A DNA stretch of 64,000 nucleotides from Candidatus Latescibacterota bacterium (GTDB lineage: Bacteria; Latescibacterota; UBA2968; UBA8231), in the NCBI GenBank assembly GCA_965200315.1, contig OZ241362.1:352001-416000 (forward strand). The letters are read 5' to 3'. A model generated the notes under the pieces. The model did no database searches. It had not been told where the DNA came from and saw only the letters and a program-made list of their open reading frames with translations. The position numbers and the translations under genes are program-made. Below, piece by piece: positions 10,465 to 21,100 of this stretch (the stretch's first letter is position 1; each line of letters begins with the position of its first letter).

Positions 10465-11757
10465 ATGCCCCAATCTTTGTTTAGCGACGCCAGCCAACGG
10501 CTGGAGGAAGCGCTGGCGTACGCGTCCATTTCCGACGATGCCATCGAGCGGCTCAAGTTGCCCAAGTCGAGTTTGAAAGTTTCCATCCCCGTGCGCATGG
10601 ACGACGGCACCTTGCGCATTTTTCCGGGCTACCGGGTGCGCTACGACGACACCAGAGGCCCGACCAAAGGCGGTATTCGCTACCACCAAGCCGTGTCCAT
10701 CGACGAGGTCCAGTCTTTGGCCTTCTGGATGACCTTCAAATGCGCGGTAGCCAATTTGCCCTTTGGTGGCGGCAAAGGCGGCATCACGGTCAACCCCAAG
10801 GAACTGTCCCATTTTGAACTGGAACGACTCAGCCGAGGCTACATCGACGCCGTGGCCGACTTCATCGGCCCAGATGTCGATATTCCGGCACCAGATGTCT
10901 ATACCAATCAGATGATCATGGGCTGGATGGTAGATGAGTACAGCATTATCAAGCGGCAGATCACGCCCGCGGTCATCACCGGCAAGCCTTTGACCATGGG
11001 GGGCAGTCTAGGGCGCGATACGGCGACCGCGATGGGTGCTTTTTTCACCATTGAGGCAACTTGGCCCAAGCTCGGCAATGGCTCGCCGGCCGATACGACT
11101 GTGGCCGTGCAAGGCTTTGGCAATGCCGGGGCCATCATCGCTGAATTGCTCTTCAATGCTGGTTATAAGGTCGTGGCCGTAAGCGACTCTAAGGGAGGCA
11201 TTTATCGGCGCGAAGGACTCGACATCCCCAGCGTGCGCCAGTTCAAGGATTCGACCCGCACCCTCAAGGCGGTGTACTGCGAGGGCACGGTATGCAGCAT
11301 CGTCGAGCACGACACCATCACCAACGAGGAATTGCTCGCGCTCGACGTCGATATTCTAGCTCCGGCGGCCTTGGAAAACCAGATCACCGCGGCCAACGCC
11401 CGCGACATTAAGGCCAAGGCCGTGTACGAGCTGGCCAACGGCCCCACCACGCCGGGCGCCGACGAGATTCTGCACCAGCGGGACGTGATAGTATTTCCCG
11501 ACATCTTGGTCAATGCCGGCGGCGTGACCGTGAGCTATTTTGAATGGGTGCAGAATCGCCAGGGCCTGTATTGGACCTTAGAAGAGGTCAACCAGCAGCT
11601 TAAGCAGAAGATGGTCGAGGAAACCGAGCGCATTTGGGCCATTGCCCAAGAGCAGGGAATCGCGCCGCGCACTGCGGCGTACGTCCACGCCTTGAACCGG
11701 ATTGGCGACGCCGTCCAAGCCAAGGGCACCAAGGATTACTTCACGAGTGGGCCATGA
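10465..11757 (+). CDS. gdhA: Glutamate dehydrogenase (Glu/Leu/Phe/Val family)
   Basis: GPTKGGIRY, GGGKGG, DIPAPD, QGFGNAG, ELANGP, NAGGVTVSYFEWVQN; AAGGAG RBS. Confidence 0.95.
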   Translation: MPQSLFSDASQRLEEALAYASISDDAIERLKLPKSSLKVSIPVRMDDGTLRIFPGYRVRYDDTRGPTKGGIRYHQAVSIDEVQSLAFWMTFKCAVANLPFGGGKGGITVNPKELSHFELERLSRGYIDAVADFIGPDVDIPAPDVYTNQMIMGWMVDEYSIIKRQITPAVITGKPLTMGGSLGRDTATAMGAFFTIEATWPKLGNGSPADTTVAVQGFGNAGAIIAELLFNAGYKVVAVSDSKGGIYRREGLDIPSVRQFKDSTRTLKAVYCEGTVCSIVEHDTITNEELLALDVDILAPAALENQITAANARDIKAKAVYELANGPTTPGADEILHQRDVIVFPDILVNAGGVTVSYFEWVQNRQGLYWTLEEVNQQLKQKMVEETERIWAIAQEQGIAPRTAAYVHALNRIGDAVQAKGTKDYFTSGP

Positions 11758-11766
11758 CGGCTTAGC

Positions 11767-11916
11767 ATGAATTACTGTTGCACGACTTGGGTTCAATCAC
11801 GCACCCCGCCACTTTCCGATGTAGGTGAGATCGTCCAGCTTGATGGTAAGGCCCTACGACGTTCCTATGATACGGCCTCGACTCGGGGGGGCGCGGCCCC
11901 GCCCCGCACGGCTTAG
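11767..11916 (+). pseudogene. ISAs1-family transposase relic
   Basis: Short frame translates to ..TWVQS...GEIVQLDGKALRRSYDTAS, resembling the ISAs1 W..GEVIAIDGKTLRRSYD motif; no full ORF or IRs seen. Confidence 0.6.
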
Positions 11917-11927
11917 CTGCCGCTGAA

Positions 11928-11956
11928 TTGACGCTAGGGCGCGCGGCGGCTATATT
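11928..11956 (+). promoter_or_regulatory. Putative sigma70 promoter of the isomerase-LarA-SDR operon
   Basis: TTGACG-17 nt-TATATT, then AGGAG RBS and ATG 11988. Confidence 0.55.
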
Positions 11957-11987
11957 GCGCGGAATTCAGCAAGCTACAGGAGACCCC

Positions 11988-12752
11988 ATGCCTACTTCAG
12001 CGATTGGCGCGCAACTGTTTACAGTGCGTGATTACACCAAAACTTCAGATGACATTCGCCAGACCTTCGCCAAGGTGCGTACCCTCGGCTACGAGGCCGT
12101 GCAAGCCTCGGCCTTGGGGGCGATCGCGCCGGCCGAACTAGCCGCTATAAGCCAAGCCGAAGGGGTGCAGATCGCGGCCACGCACACTAGCTATCAGCGC
12201 ATCTGCGCCGAGCCGCAAGCCGTCGTCGAGGAACACCAGATGTGGGGGTGCCGCCACGTGGCCATCGGCGGCTTGCCCCAAGAATACCGGCACCGCGAGG
12301 GCTTTGTCCGCTTTGCAGCCGAGGCTTCGGCGGCGGCGCGTCCGCTCATCGACGCGGGCCTGACCTTTAGCTACCACAACCACAGCTTTGAGCTGGAGCG
12401 CTTTGCAGGGCGCACGGGGCTGGACATCCTGCGCGAGGAAAGCGATCCAGCCGTTTTTTCCTTTGAAATAGACACCTATTGGATCCAACACGGCGGCGGC
12501 AACCCAGTCTCGTGGTTGGACAAGTTCCGCGACCGCATGCACATCGTCCATCTCAAAGACCTGAGCATGGATGGCGCTAAGCAATGCTTCGCCGAAGTAG
12601 GGGAGGGGAACTTGGAATGGGAGCCTATTCTCACAGCTTGTAAAAGAGCACAGATCGAATGGTACTTGGTCGAACAAGACACCTGCCCGGGCGACCCGTT
12701 TGACAGCTTGGGTCTGAGCCTGCGCAACTTGCGGGCCATGGGCTTGGACTAG
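11988..12752 (+). CDS. Sugar phosphate isomerase/epimerase (xylose isomerase-like TIM barrel)
   Basis: QLFTVR, YHNHSFE, EIDTYW, HLKD, EVGEG, VEQD. Confidence 0.9.
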   Translation: MPTSAIGAQLFTVRDYTKTSDDIRQTFAKVRTLGYEAVQASALGAIAPAELAAISQAEGVQIAATHTSYQRICAEPQAVVEEHQMWGCRHVAIGGLPQEYRHREGFVRFAAEASAAARPLIDAGLTFSYHNHSFELERFAGRTGLDILREESDPAVFSFEIDTYWIQHGGGNPVSWLDKFRDRMHIVHLKDLSMDGAKQCFAEVGEGNLEWEPILTACKRAQIEWYLVEQDTCPGDPFDSLGLSLRNLRAMGLD

Positions 12753-12762
12753 GAGGAAAATC

Positions 12763-13944
12763 ATGCAGGAAATTTTCGTCCCGTGGGCCGCTTGGTACGG
12801 CGAGGCCCCGTTCAAAATGGAGTTTCCCGATCACTGGGAAGTGGCGGTTCACCACATGCGGGGCGGGCCAGACATCGGCGACACTGGCATTCGCCAAGCA
12901 CTGCAAGAGGCCATTGGTGCCCCGCCGCTGCGCGAATTTGCCCGCGGCCGGTCTTCGGCGGCTATCTTGATTGACGACCTGTCGCGCCCCACGCCGGCTT
13001 TTCGGCTCTTGCCCTATGTGCTTGAGGAGTTGGCTGTGGCCGGGATTGAGGCCGACGCCGTAAAGATCATCTGTGCGCTAGCGGCCCACCGCCCGATGAC
13101 CCGCGACGACTTGGTCAAGAAGGTCGGGTTGGACATCGTCGACACCATGCAGGTGCTCAACCACAATGCCTACGAGAACTTGGAATTTATCGGCTACTCT
13201 AGCCGCGGGATCCCGATTTGGGTCAACCGCGATATGACCTCCTGCGAGGTGCGCATCGCCTTGGGGATGATCACGCCACGCGGAGGGATGTTCGGCGGCG
13301 GGGCCAAATTGCTCATCCCCGGTGCATGTGGGCAGCAGACGATTATGCTCAACCACCGCCACGTACACGAAAATTTTCGCGCACACCTGTCCGAGGTGGC
13401 GAAAATGGCGGGGGTGACGTATATCGTCAACCCGCTGCTCAACGAGAACTTGGAGATTTCGGGCTTGGTGGCTGGGGACACGGACGCGGCCTTTGCGCGG
13501 GGCTGCGAGTTAGGGCGCGAGCAATACGCCACCCAAGTGCCCGACTCCTTCGACATTGGCGTATTCAACGCCTTTCCCAAGGATACGGAACTGTGCCAAG
13601 CCGGACTGGCCATGACGCCGTTGAGCGGAACCAAGAAAAACCCCTTCAGCGAAAACTCGACGACTGTCATGTGCTCGGCTAGCCCGGAGGGGCTGGGCTG
13701 GCACTCGGTGTTGGGGCCAGGGACCGCACTGAGGGGAAAGGCCGGGCCGCCTGCCCGGCGCACCATTCTATTTTCGCCTCGGATCAACAAGTGGGATGCA
13801 GCCTCGCTATTTGGCGAGGGGGTTATTTTTTGCAAAACTTGGGCGGCCGTATTGAGCGAATTGGAAAAATACCACGGGGCCAGCGCGAAAGTGTCGGTCT
13901 TTCCGGCAGGTGCGCTACAACGGGCCGCCGACGCCAACTACTAA
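12763..13944 (+). CDS. Lactate racemase (LarA) superfamily protein
   Basis: IDDLSRPTP, AAHRPM, FGGGAKLLIPG, NH, ASPEG motifs. Confidence 0.8.
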   Translation: MQEIFVPWAAWYGEAPFKMEFPDHWEVAVHHMRGGPDIGDTGIRQALQEAIGAPPLREFARGRSSAAILIDDLSRPTPAFRLLPYVLEELAVAGIEADAVKIICALAAHRPMTRDDLVKKVGLDIVDTMQVLNHNAYENLEFIGYSSRGIPIWVNRDMTSCEVRIALGMITPRGGMFGGGAKLLIPGACGQQTIMLNHRHVHENFRAHLSEVAKMAGVTYIVNPLLNENLEISGLVAGDTDAAFARGCELGREQYATQVPDSFDIGVFNAFPKDTELCQAGLAMTPLSGTKKNPFSENSTTVMCSASPEGLGWHSVLGPGTALRGKAGPPARRTILFSPRINKWDAASLFGEGVIFCKTWAAVLSELEKYHGASAKVSVFPAGALQRAADANY

Positions 13945-13956
13945 AGAGGAGAAAAA

Positions 13957-14733
13957 ATGCCACCGCTCGCGCGTTTTGGTCTAGAGGGCAAAGTCGTCAT
14001 TGTCACCGGGGCTGGCCGGGGGATTGGCCGGACAATTGCTTTAGAATGCGCCCAGTCGGGCGCGCACGTTGCCGCTGGCAGCCGCACCACGGCCGAGCTG
14101 GAAACGCTGGCCGCAGAGATTGAGGCTGCGGGTGGGACGTGCTTCTATCATAAGCTCGACGTGACGGACGTAAGCTCTATCGAGCGTTTTATGGCCGCGG
14201 TCGTCGCGCACTTCGGGCGGATTGACGTGCTGGTCAACAACGCCGGCTACAACAAGGTCGGCAAAATCCTCGACTACGACGAGAAGCTCTACGACTTGAT
14301 CGTCGATGCCAACCTGAAGAATGTGTTTTTCTGTAGCCAGATTGCCGCGCGGCAGATGATCGCCCAAGGAAGGGGAGGCAATATCATCAATATCTCTTCC
14401 CAAGCTGGCGTGGTCGGCGCACCAGAGCGCGGCCCGTACTCAGGGGCTAAGGGAGGCGTCAACAACCTGACGCGGACTATGGCCGCCGAATGGGCCGAGT
14501 ATCAGATACGGGTCAACGCGGTGGCTCCAACCGTGACCCGCTCGCCACTGGCCGAGACCGCGATGCGGGAAAGCCAAGCCTTCGCCGATGCGGTGAAGAC
14601 CAAAAATTTGCTGCGCGGTGCCTTGGCCGAGCCGGAGGAAATGTCGGCGCCGGTGATCTTTTTAGCATCAGATGCCGCGTCGATGATCACCGGCCATACA
14701 CTGGTCGTGGATGGTGGCTGGACTATCGTCTAG
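13957..14733 (+). CDS. Short-chain dehydrogenase/reductase (gluconate 5-DH/KduD-like)
   Basis: TGAGRGIG, NNAG, YSGAK, VDGG. Confidence 0.92.
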   Translation: MPPLARFGLEGKVVIVTGAGRGIGRTIALECAQSGAHVAAGSRTTAELETLAAEIEAAGGTCFYHKLDVTDVSSIERFMAAVVAHFGRIDVLVNNAGYNKVGKILDYDEKLYDLIVDANLKNVFFCSQIAARQMIAQGRGGNIINISSQAGVVGAPERGPYSGAKGGVNNLTRTMAAEWAEYQIRVNAVAPTVTRSPLAETAMRESQAFADAVKTKNLLRGALAEPEEMSAPVIFLASDAASMITGHTLVVDGGWTIV

Positions 14734-14796
14734 TATCTCGTTGAATGACAACAGGTTACTAGCTAGTCCTTATGTAATTCCTCAAAGAATTTATGC

Positions 14797-15912
14797 CTAC
14801 AGGCGGTCGCGATATTGTGCTAAGCGGCCGGCGAACATGGAGTCGAGCGCGGCGGCCGAATGCGCCAGCCCGGCGCCAATGCCGCGCTGGGCTACGTGGA
14901 CGAGGAGGCGCATCAGCCCGTTGGCATCGTCGAGATGGATGTACTCCGGGGCCAATTGCGTGCCCGGCCCCGAGTTGTGATAGTTGCCGAGAGGCAGGGC
15001 CACCGCACCCGTGCGATAACCGGCCTGCATTAGCGGGGTAGCTTCGCAAGCACCACTGTCCATCAGCTTGCGTTGATAGCGGAAAGAGGGCTGTTGGGAG
15101 GCCAACTCGTCGGCTAGGGCAGCCAGCCCGCCGCTGATGTCCGGGTCGAACACCCAGAGTCGGTCGCCCACCCGCAAGATCGGCCCCGCGCCCAGCACCG
15201 CCCCAGCCGCCAAGCTAGAGCACTCAATGTTGATGTAGAGGGCGCGGCGCGGCAAGAATTTGGCCTCTAGCGCGGCGAGCATACCGACAAAACCCACTTC
15301 TTCAGCGCGCGTGAGCAAGACGCCGAGGCGGACCGCAGCTTGGAGACGGACCAAAGAATCCAACACGCACAAAGCCACGGCCGCGCCGGCCAAATCGTCG
15401 ATCGCCCGTCCGCTCAAGCGCCGGCCCCGCACCTTAAAGGCCGGCAAATCCCACATCGCAAAGGTCCCCGGCCCTTGGGGGCTGTCGCGTGCTGCGGCCA
15501 CTTCAACTAGGGGATAGCGCGTTTCTTCTGCCTCCACCGTCCGCACGATGGTGCCCGGGATTCCGCGCTGGGTAGCCGGGCGATTCAGGTCGAATATGCG
15601 CACACCTGTCGCCAGCGCTTGCTCTAGGGCGACACCGCCGAGAACCTCGAACAGTGCTCGGCTTGGCCCCTGCGAGCTTCTCCACACTAAGCCGGGGTGG
15701 TCGAGATGAGCGGTTAAGACGATAAATTCGTCGTCTTCCTGCTGGCCGCCGTCGTATAGCAGCAAGCTATTGCCACAGCGGTCGTGGAGCACTTGAATTA
15801 GAGGCCGAGCGGCTGCGAATGAGTGCGCGATGCCGAGAGCAAAATGCTCGTGGAAAGGGGCTGTGGGGGTGCGGATGAGAGGACGGGCGAGTTGGAGAAA
15901 GTCGAATTCCAT
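14797..15912 (-). CDS. Zn-dependent M20/M42-like peptidase/hydrolase
   Basis: APFHE, AHLDHPG, RAIDDLAG, RAEEVGF, GACEAT, GNYHN; metal ligands appear intact. Confidence 0.8.
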   Translation of the reverse strand: MEFDFLQLARPLIRTPTAPFHEHFALGIAHSFAAARPLIQVLHDRCGNSLLLYDGGQQEDDEFIVLTAHLDHPGLVWRSSQGPSRALFEVLGGVALEQALATGVRIFDLNRPATQRGIPGTIVRTVEAEETRYPLVEVAAARDSPQGPGTFAMWDLPAFKVRGRRLSGRAIDDLAGAAVALCVLDSLVRLQAAVRLGVLLTRAEEVGFVGMLAALEAKFLPRRALYINIECSSLAAGAVLGAGPILRVGDRLWVFDPDISGGLAALADELASQQPSFRYQRKLMDSGACEATPLMQAGYRTGAVALPLGNYHNSGPGTQLAPEYIHLDDANGLMRLLVHVAQRGIGAGLAHSAAALDSMFAGRLAQYRDRL

Positions 15913-15957
15913 AACACGGAGGAAAAACCCCCAAAAGACCAGCGCCGTCAACTCCCG

Positions 15958-15986
15958 TTGTCCCAATCAGTTAAGCTACTTATTAT
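15958..15986 (+). promoter_or_regulatory. Putative sigma70 promoter for the 16013-25799 cluster
   Basis: TTGTCC-17 nt-TATTAT in the divergent intergenic gap. Confidence 0.4.
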
Positions 15987-16012
15987 AACACGCCTACCGC
16001 AGGGGGCTCCAC

Positions 16013-18169
16013 TTGCTAAGACGCTTGCCGATTCACTATCTGCACCACCTTGCCGGGCGCGACCAAGCCCTGCTTGCGCCGCTTGGTACCCAGCAGCTAA
16101 CCAGGCGTGCGTTTTGGGTGGGGTCGTTCCTCAGCTTTTTCCTCGCCGTCGGCGCTCCGTACGGCAACATGATCATACGCGGCTCCTACATGGCCTTGGA
16201 CTTCAGTACACCAGGGGCCATTTTTTTATTTCTAGTGCTCATCGGGCTGCTCAATGTGCTGTTCAAAATTGCCTCTAGCCCATCGGGAGCAGCAGTGTGG
16301 GCCTTGGTTTCGAGTGCGCTCTATGGTTTCTATTATGGCTGGGTGGCTCCCCTCGATCCTTTTGCCCCGGGTTTTTTCTTTAGCACTTTCATTCTCGTTT
16401 CGTCCCTGCTCAATATGGTATTGGTCTCTTTCGGGCAAAGTCTGGTCCTCAACCGAGCCGAGTTGATTCTCGTGTACGTCATGCTGTTGATCGTCTCGGC
16501 TCTCTGCACCATGGGCCTGAGCGAACAAATTCTGCCGATGCTCACGGCGATTTTCTACTTTGCCTCGCCGGAAAACAAGTGGCAGGAAATGCTCTTTCCC
16601 CATTTTTCCGCGCGAGAAGTCCTAGTCAACGACGGGAGTGACAACAAGACCTTTTACGAGGGATTGGCATCCGGCGAGGCGATTCCCTACGCAGCGTGGG
16701 TAGAGCCTTTGTGCTGGTGGGCGGTTTTTCTCTTGGCGCTATACGTGACCATGGTATCGGTCGCGGTTATCATCCGTCGGCAGTGGATGGAGCGCGAGCG
16801 ATTGCCCTATCCGATCACGCAGGTGGGGCTGGCGATGGTGCGCGGCGAGGAGCACGGGCTAAAGATCAATACCTTTTTTCGCCAGCCGGCCATGTGGGCC
16901 GGTTTTATGTTACCGATTTTTTTTGGCAGCTTGAGGGCCCTGCACCGCTACGAACCGGCTTTTCCGGTCTTCTCTCTGAGTTCGTCGATGCTCTTAGTGG
17001 GCAAGCAGACCTTGCAACTGAGCGTCAGCTTTGCCATGCTCGGTTTTTCGTACTTCATCAATGCCAATATCGCTGCTGGTATCTGGTTCTTTCACCTCTT
17101 GTCCAAGTTTGAAAAGGAGTTCTTCGCGCTTGCCGGCGTGACATCCGAGCAGAAGGTCACCTTCGGCGTGGCCGATTTCCCCCTGATGGCCTACCAAGGG
17201 GTCGGTGCCTTGCTGGCGATGGTCGGGGTGGGCTTGTGGGTGGGCAGGGAACACTTGGGCAATGTGTGTAAAAAGGCCCTCGGCTTGGCACCAGAGGTGG
17301 AGGATGGGGATGAGATCATGTCCTATCGCTGGTCTTTTTTCGGCGCAGTGGGCGGGGTCTTAGTCATGTCGTGCTGGCTGTGGATCATGGGGACGCCGCA
17401 TTGGGTGGCGTTTGTTTTTGTCGTCTTGGCCCTGTTTATCTTTCTTGGGTTGACGCGGATTGTCGCCGAAGCCGGCTTGGCGGCCGTGCGCGCCCCGATG
17501 ACGGCGCCCGACTTGGTGATCTTGGGGTTGGGAACTGACCTAGTAAGCCGGACTGGGGTGTGGAACTTGTCGTTGGCCTATATGTGGGGCGCGGATGTGC
17601 GGGTGTTCGTCATGGCCACCTGCACCAATGCCCTCAAGCTAATCGAAGAAATGGAACCACGGCTGCGGCGGCTGGTGTTTTGGGCTATTATTCTCGCACT
17701 CTTCATTGGTGCGCTCGGTTCGTTTTGGATGATTTTCCACATGGCCTATCAGCACGGCGGCGTGAACCTCAATGGTTGGTTTTTCAAAGGCGCGCCCGAA
17801 GCCGCGTACAACACCGCGTTACGCAACATGGAACCGGCGGGCGTACACTGGCCGGGAATGGGATTCTTGGCCGGTGGTGGGCTGGTGATGATGGCGATGA
17901 TGTGGGCGCGGCAGCGCCTGCCTTGGTGGCCGGTGCATCCCATCGGCTTTCCCATTGGGGCCAACGGCATGCTCAACGGCGTGTGGTTTAGCGTGTTCTT
18001 GGCTTGGTTTATCAAGAAGATGATCATGCGCTTTGGCGGGGTCGCCTTGTATCGCCGCAGTCAGATGTTTTTTTTGGGGCTGATCTGCGGGCAGGTTTCG
18101 TGTAACGGACTGTGGTTGATCATAGACTACTTCACGGGAAAAGTGGGGAACTCCATTTTTTGGGTATGA
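16013..18169 (+). CDS. DUF6785/DUF6784-like polytopic membrane protein (OPT-related)
   Basis: Many TM segments; TRRAF, ELILVYVM, IIRRQWMERERLPYPI, RIVAEAG, WWPVHPIGF, FFLGLICG. Confidence 0.8.
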   Translation: MLRRLPIHYLHHLAGRDQALLAPLGTQQLTRRAFWVGSFLSFFLAVGAPYGNMIIRGSYMALDFSTPGAIFLFLVLIGLLNVLFKIASSPSGAAVWALVSSALYGFYYGWVAPLDPFAPGFFFSTFILVSSLLNMVLVSFGQSLVLNRAELILVYVMLLIVSALCTMGLSEQILPMLTAIFYFASPENKWQEMLFPHFSAREVLVNDGSDNKTFYEGLASGEAIPYAAWVEPLCWWAVFLLALYVTMVSVAVIIRRQWMERERLPYPITQVGLAMVRGEEHGLKINTFFRQPAMWAGFMLPIFFGSLRALHRYEPAFPVFSLSSSMLLVGKQTLQLSVSFAMLGFSYFINANIAAGIWFFHLLSKFEKEFFALAGVTSEQKVTFGVADFPLMAYQGVGALLAMVGVGLWVGREHLGNVCKKALGLAPEVEDGDEIMSYRWSFFGAVGGVLVMSCWLWIMGTPHWVAFVFVVLALFIFLGLTRIVAEAGLAAVRAPMTAPDLVILGLGTDLVSRTGVWNLSLAYMWGADVRVFVMATCTNALKLIEEMEPRLRRLVFWAIILALFIGALGSFWMIFHMAYQHGGVNLNGWFFKGAPEAAYNTALRNMEPAGVHWPGMGFLAGGGLVMMAMMWARQRLPWWPVHPIGFPIGANGMLNGVWFSVFLAWFIKKMIMRFGGVALYRRSQMFFLGLICGQVSCNGLWLIIDYFTGKVGNSIFWV

Positions 18170-21100
18170 AGCACTCGGCTTACTACATCCTCTGCGTTCT
18201 CGTGCTGATTGCAAACAGCGGTTGGGCACGCGAAGACGGGGTGCGCGAAACCGTCTCTTACCTGTCGTCGCTTGGCTCTAGGATCAGTGGCTATCCTGGG
18301 GCCGCCGCCGCCGCGGATTACGTCGAGCAGCGCCTGCGCGAGATCGGCTTGCCCGAGCTGACTCGCGAATCCTTTGAAGTCACCGTGCCCATCGACCAAG
18401 GAGGTGAGTTATTCCTCACAGAGAGTGGGGAGCGCTACGCACTCTATGGCTTATGGCCCAACTTGGTCCGCACCTCGACCCTGCCCGGATACGAAGGTGA
18501 GATGATCTACGGCGGAGATGGCGAGTGGGAGAATTTCGCGGGCTTTGAGATCGACGGCCGGGTGGTGCTGATGGAGTTCAATAGCTGGAGCCGGTGGTTG
18601 CAGGCCGCCTCGCTGGGGGCGCGCGCCATCGTCTTCATCGAGCCAGAGGAGACCACGCGCAATCAAGCTACAGCTAAGTACTCCACTGCGCCGCTGGACA
18701 TCCCGCGCTTTTGGATTGAAAGAGCCGCCGGATTACAGCTCAAAGAGCGGTTGCTCCAGCACCCGACTTCCGTAGTACTCAAGGGGCGGATGGACTGGCA
18801 GCGCAAAACGGCTTGGAATATCTGGGGCCGGTTCCCTGGCGCCGATCCGACGCTGGCTGACGAGACCATTGTCATCGAAAGCTACTACGACGGCATGTCG
18901 GTGGTTCCCGCCTTGGCTCCGGCGGCCGAAGCGACCAGCGGCATTGCTGCGTTGCTGGCGCTGGCCGAGCATCTAGTGCGTCACCCTCCGCGACGCCCGG
19001 TCGTGCTGGTGGCCACGGGCGCGCATTTCCAAGCTCAGCAGGGGATTGTCCACTTCCTCGAGCGCCACGCTCGCCTCCATCCCTACTATGCCGAGCGGAT
19101 GGAAGAGCCGCTCAAGCCCAAGCTCTTCATCTGCATTGACCTGACGAGTCAGTCCGATGGGCTGGGGATCTGGAACAATACCTTTAGCTACGACCTCAAG
19201 CGGTTCTTCGTGCCTTTTGGACGGCGTTTTACGGCCTATGCCGAGGAGGAGTCCGCTCGGTTGGGTCTGGAGCAGGAGCGGCCGCTGGCCAATGGGATCA
19301 GCCCAATTCGCGGCATGGACTGGTCAACTTTTGTGCCGGGCGGGGTCTCGGTCAGTGGGGAGCAGGCTCTGACTGCTGGGATTATCTCGCTGTCGTTTGT
19401 GACTGTCAACGACGGCCGCTATCTCGTCGATACCCCGTTCGATACGCCCGAGCGAATGAATATCGACAATCTGTCCCGCCAAAGCCGCCTGCTCAACGCC
19501 ATGCTGACGCGGGCCATAAACGACGAGGACCTGTTTGCCGACCTCGAAGACTTTGGCCCGGTGCTCAAGGACAAATTGCGTTCCCTGCGGGTCAAGGTCC
19601 GTTCGTTTCCGCGCCGCAGCCAAGCACCAGACCGCCCTATTGCCGACGCCCTTGTAGTGGTTGATCCTTGGTACAAGTCGCACAAGGGACTTCGCATGGC
19701 GCGGTACCACCTCACAGATGACCAAGGCGTCGCCGATATCCATGGCTTGTGGACCGGGGCCTATCCAGTGGCGGCCTACCAAGTTAATCCGGCGACCGGA
19801 CAGATCGTCTATGCGCCCGATCTATCTAAAAGGGGGCAGCAGTTCAGCGGCGCGGTCGTGAATGGGTGGATGATCGACAGCAAAGTTCGCTGGAATACTA
19901 ACGAAAAGACCATCGTCGTCTTTCCCACCATTTCGCGGCCCTTCTACAGCATGATTGACCCGCGCTATCTCCGGTCGTTCAAGGGGATCAAAATCGTCGA
20001 TGGCAACGGGGTGGAACCTCGGCAGTTCGGGCTAGCGCGGGGGGCGGGCGAGGGCGAAGCCGTCGGTGTGGTGTTTGGAGCGCAGGACGCCGACGAGGAC
20101 GACGGCATCAAGATGCTCATCGACAACCGCATGCTCTTACTCAACAGCGAAGGCTCCGAAAACGAGACGCAGGCGCGGGGACGAGGCTACGCGCTCAGAG
20201 AGGAATCGCTGGTCCGCACCGGGATGCTGGCCGTTGAGGACATGTGGCAGCTCAACGAGGCGCGGCTGCGCACCTTGCGCGAGCACGCCATTGAAAATCA
20301 ACGCTTGGCCCGGTTGCACCAGCGCGGCAAAAGCCTGATCGAAAAAGCGCGACAGGCCGAAGAGGTCAAGGATTGGGAGCGCTATGTCGAGCATGTCCGG
20401 GCCGCGCTGGGGGTGACATCTCGTGCGTATCCAGAAGCACTACAGACGCTCAACGACGTCATCAGCGGCATGGTGTTCTTTCTCGCCTTAGTCATCCCGA
20501 CGGCCTTTTTGGGGGAGCGGTTGCTGTTTGCGGCCGCCGACATCCGCTGGCAGCTAGCGGGGTTTGGGGGGTTGTTGCTTTTGATCTGGATCGCCATCTC
20601 TCAGGTGCATCCAGCCTTTGCCATTGCCCATCCGCTGGTGATCTTGCTGGCCTTTGCCATCATGGCGATGGCGGCGTTTGTCATGGCCATGATTAGCAGC
20701 CGCTTTAACCGCTATATGAAGACCTATCAGGCGCGGGAAGCCCACGTCCACGAGACCGATATCAGCCGCGCCAGTGCCAGCTACGCGGCCTTTATGCTCG
20801 GCATTTCCAATATGCGGCGGCGCAAGCTGCGCACCGGGCTGACCTTGCTGACCTTGGTCTTGCTCACCTTTACGGTGCTCTCCTTCACCTCGTTCAATAC
20901 CCAAATTCGCTACATGGCCTTTGCGATGGACCACGAGGGCCCCTACGAAGGAGTGCTGATCCGCGACCGTAATTGGAACTTGCTAAACCGCCCGACGCTC
21001 GACTACGCCCGCTCCCACTTTGCCGCCGAGGGGGTGGTCGTGCCGCGGAACTGGTATGTTGCCTTTGACGACGAGCAGAAGAAATACATCGAGGTCTTTG

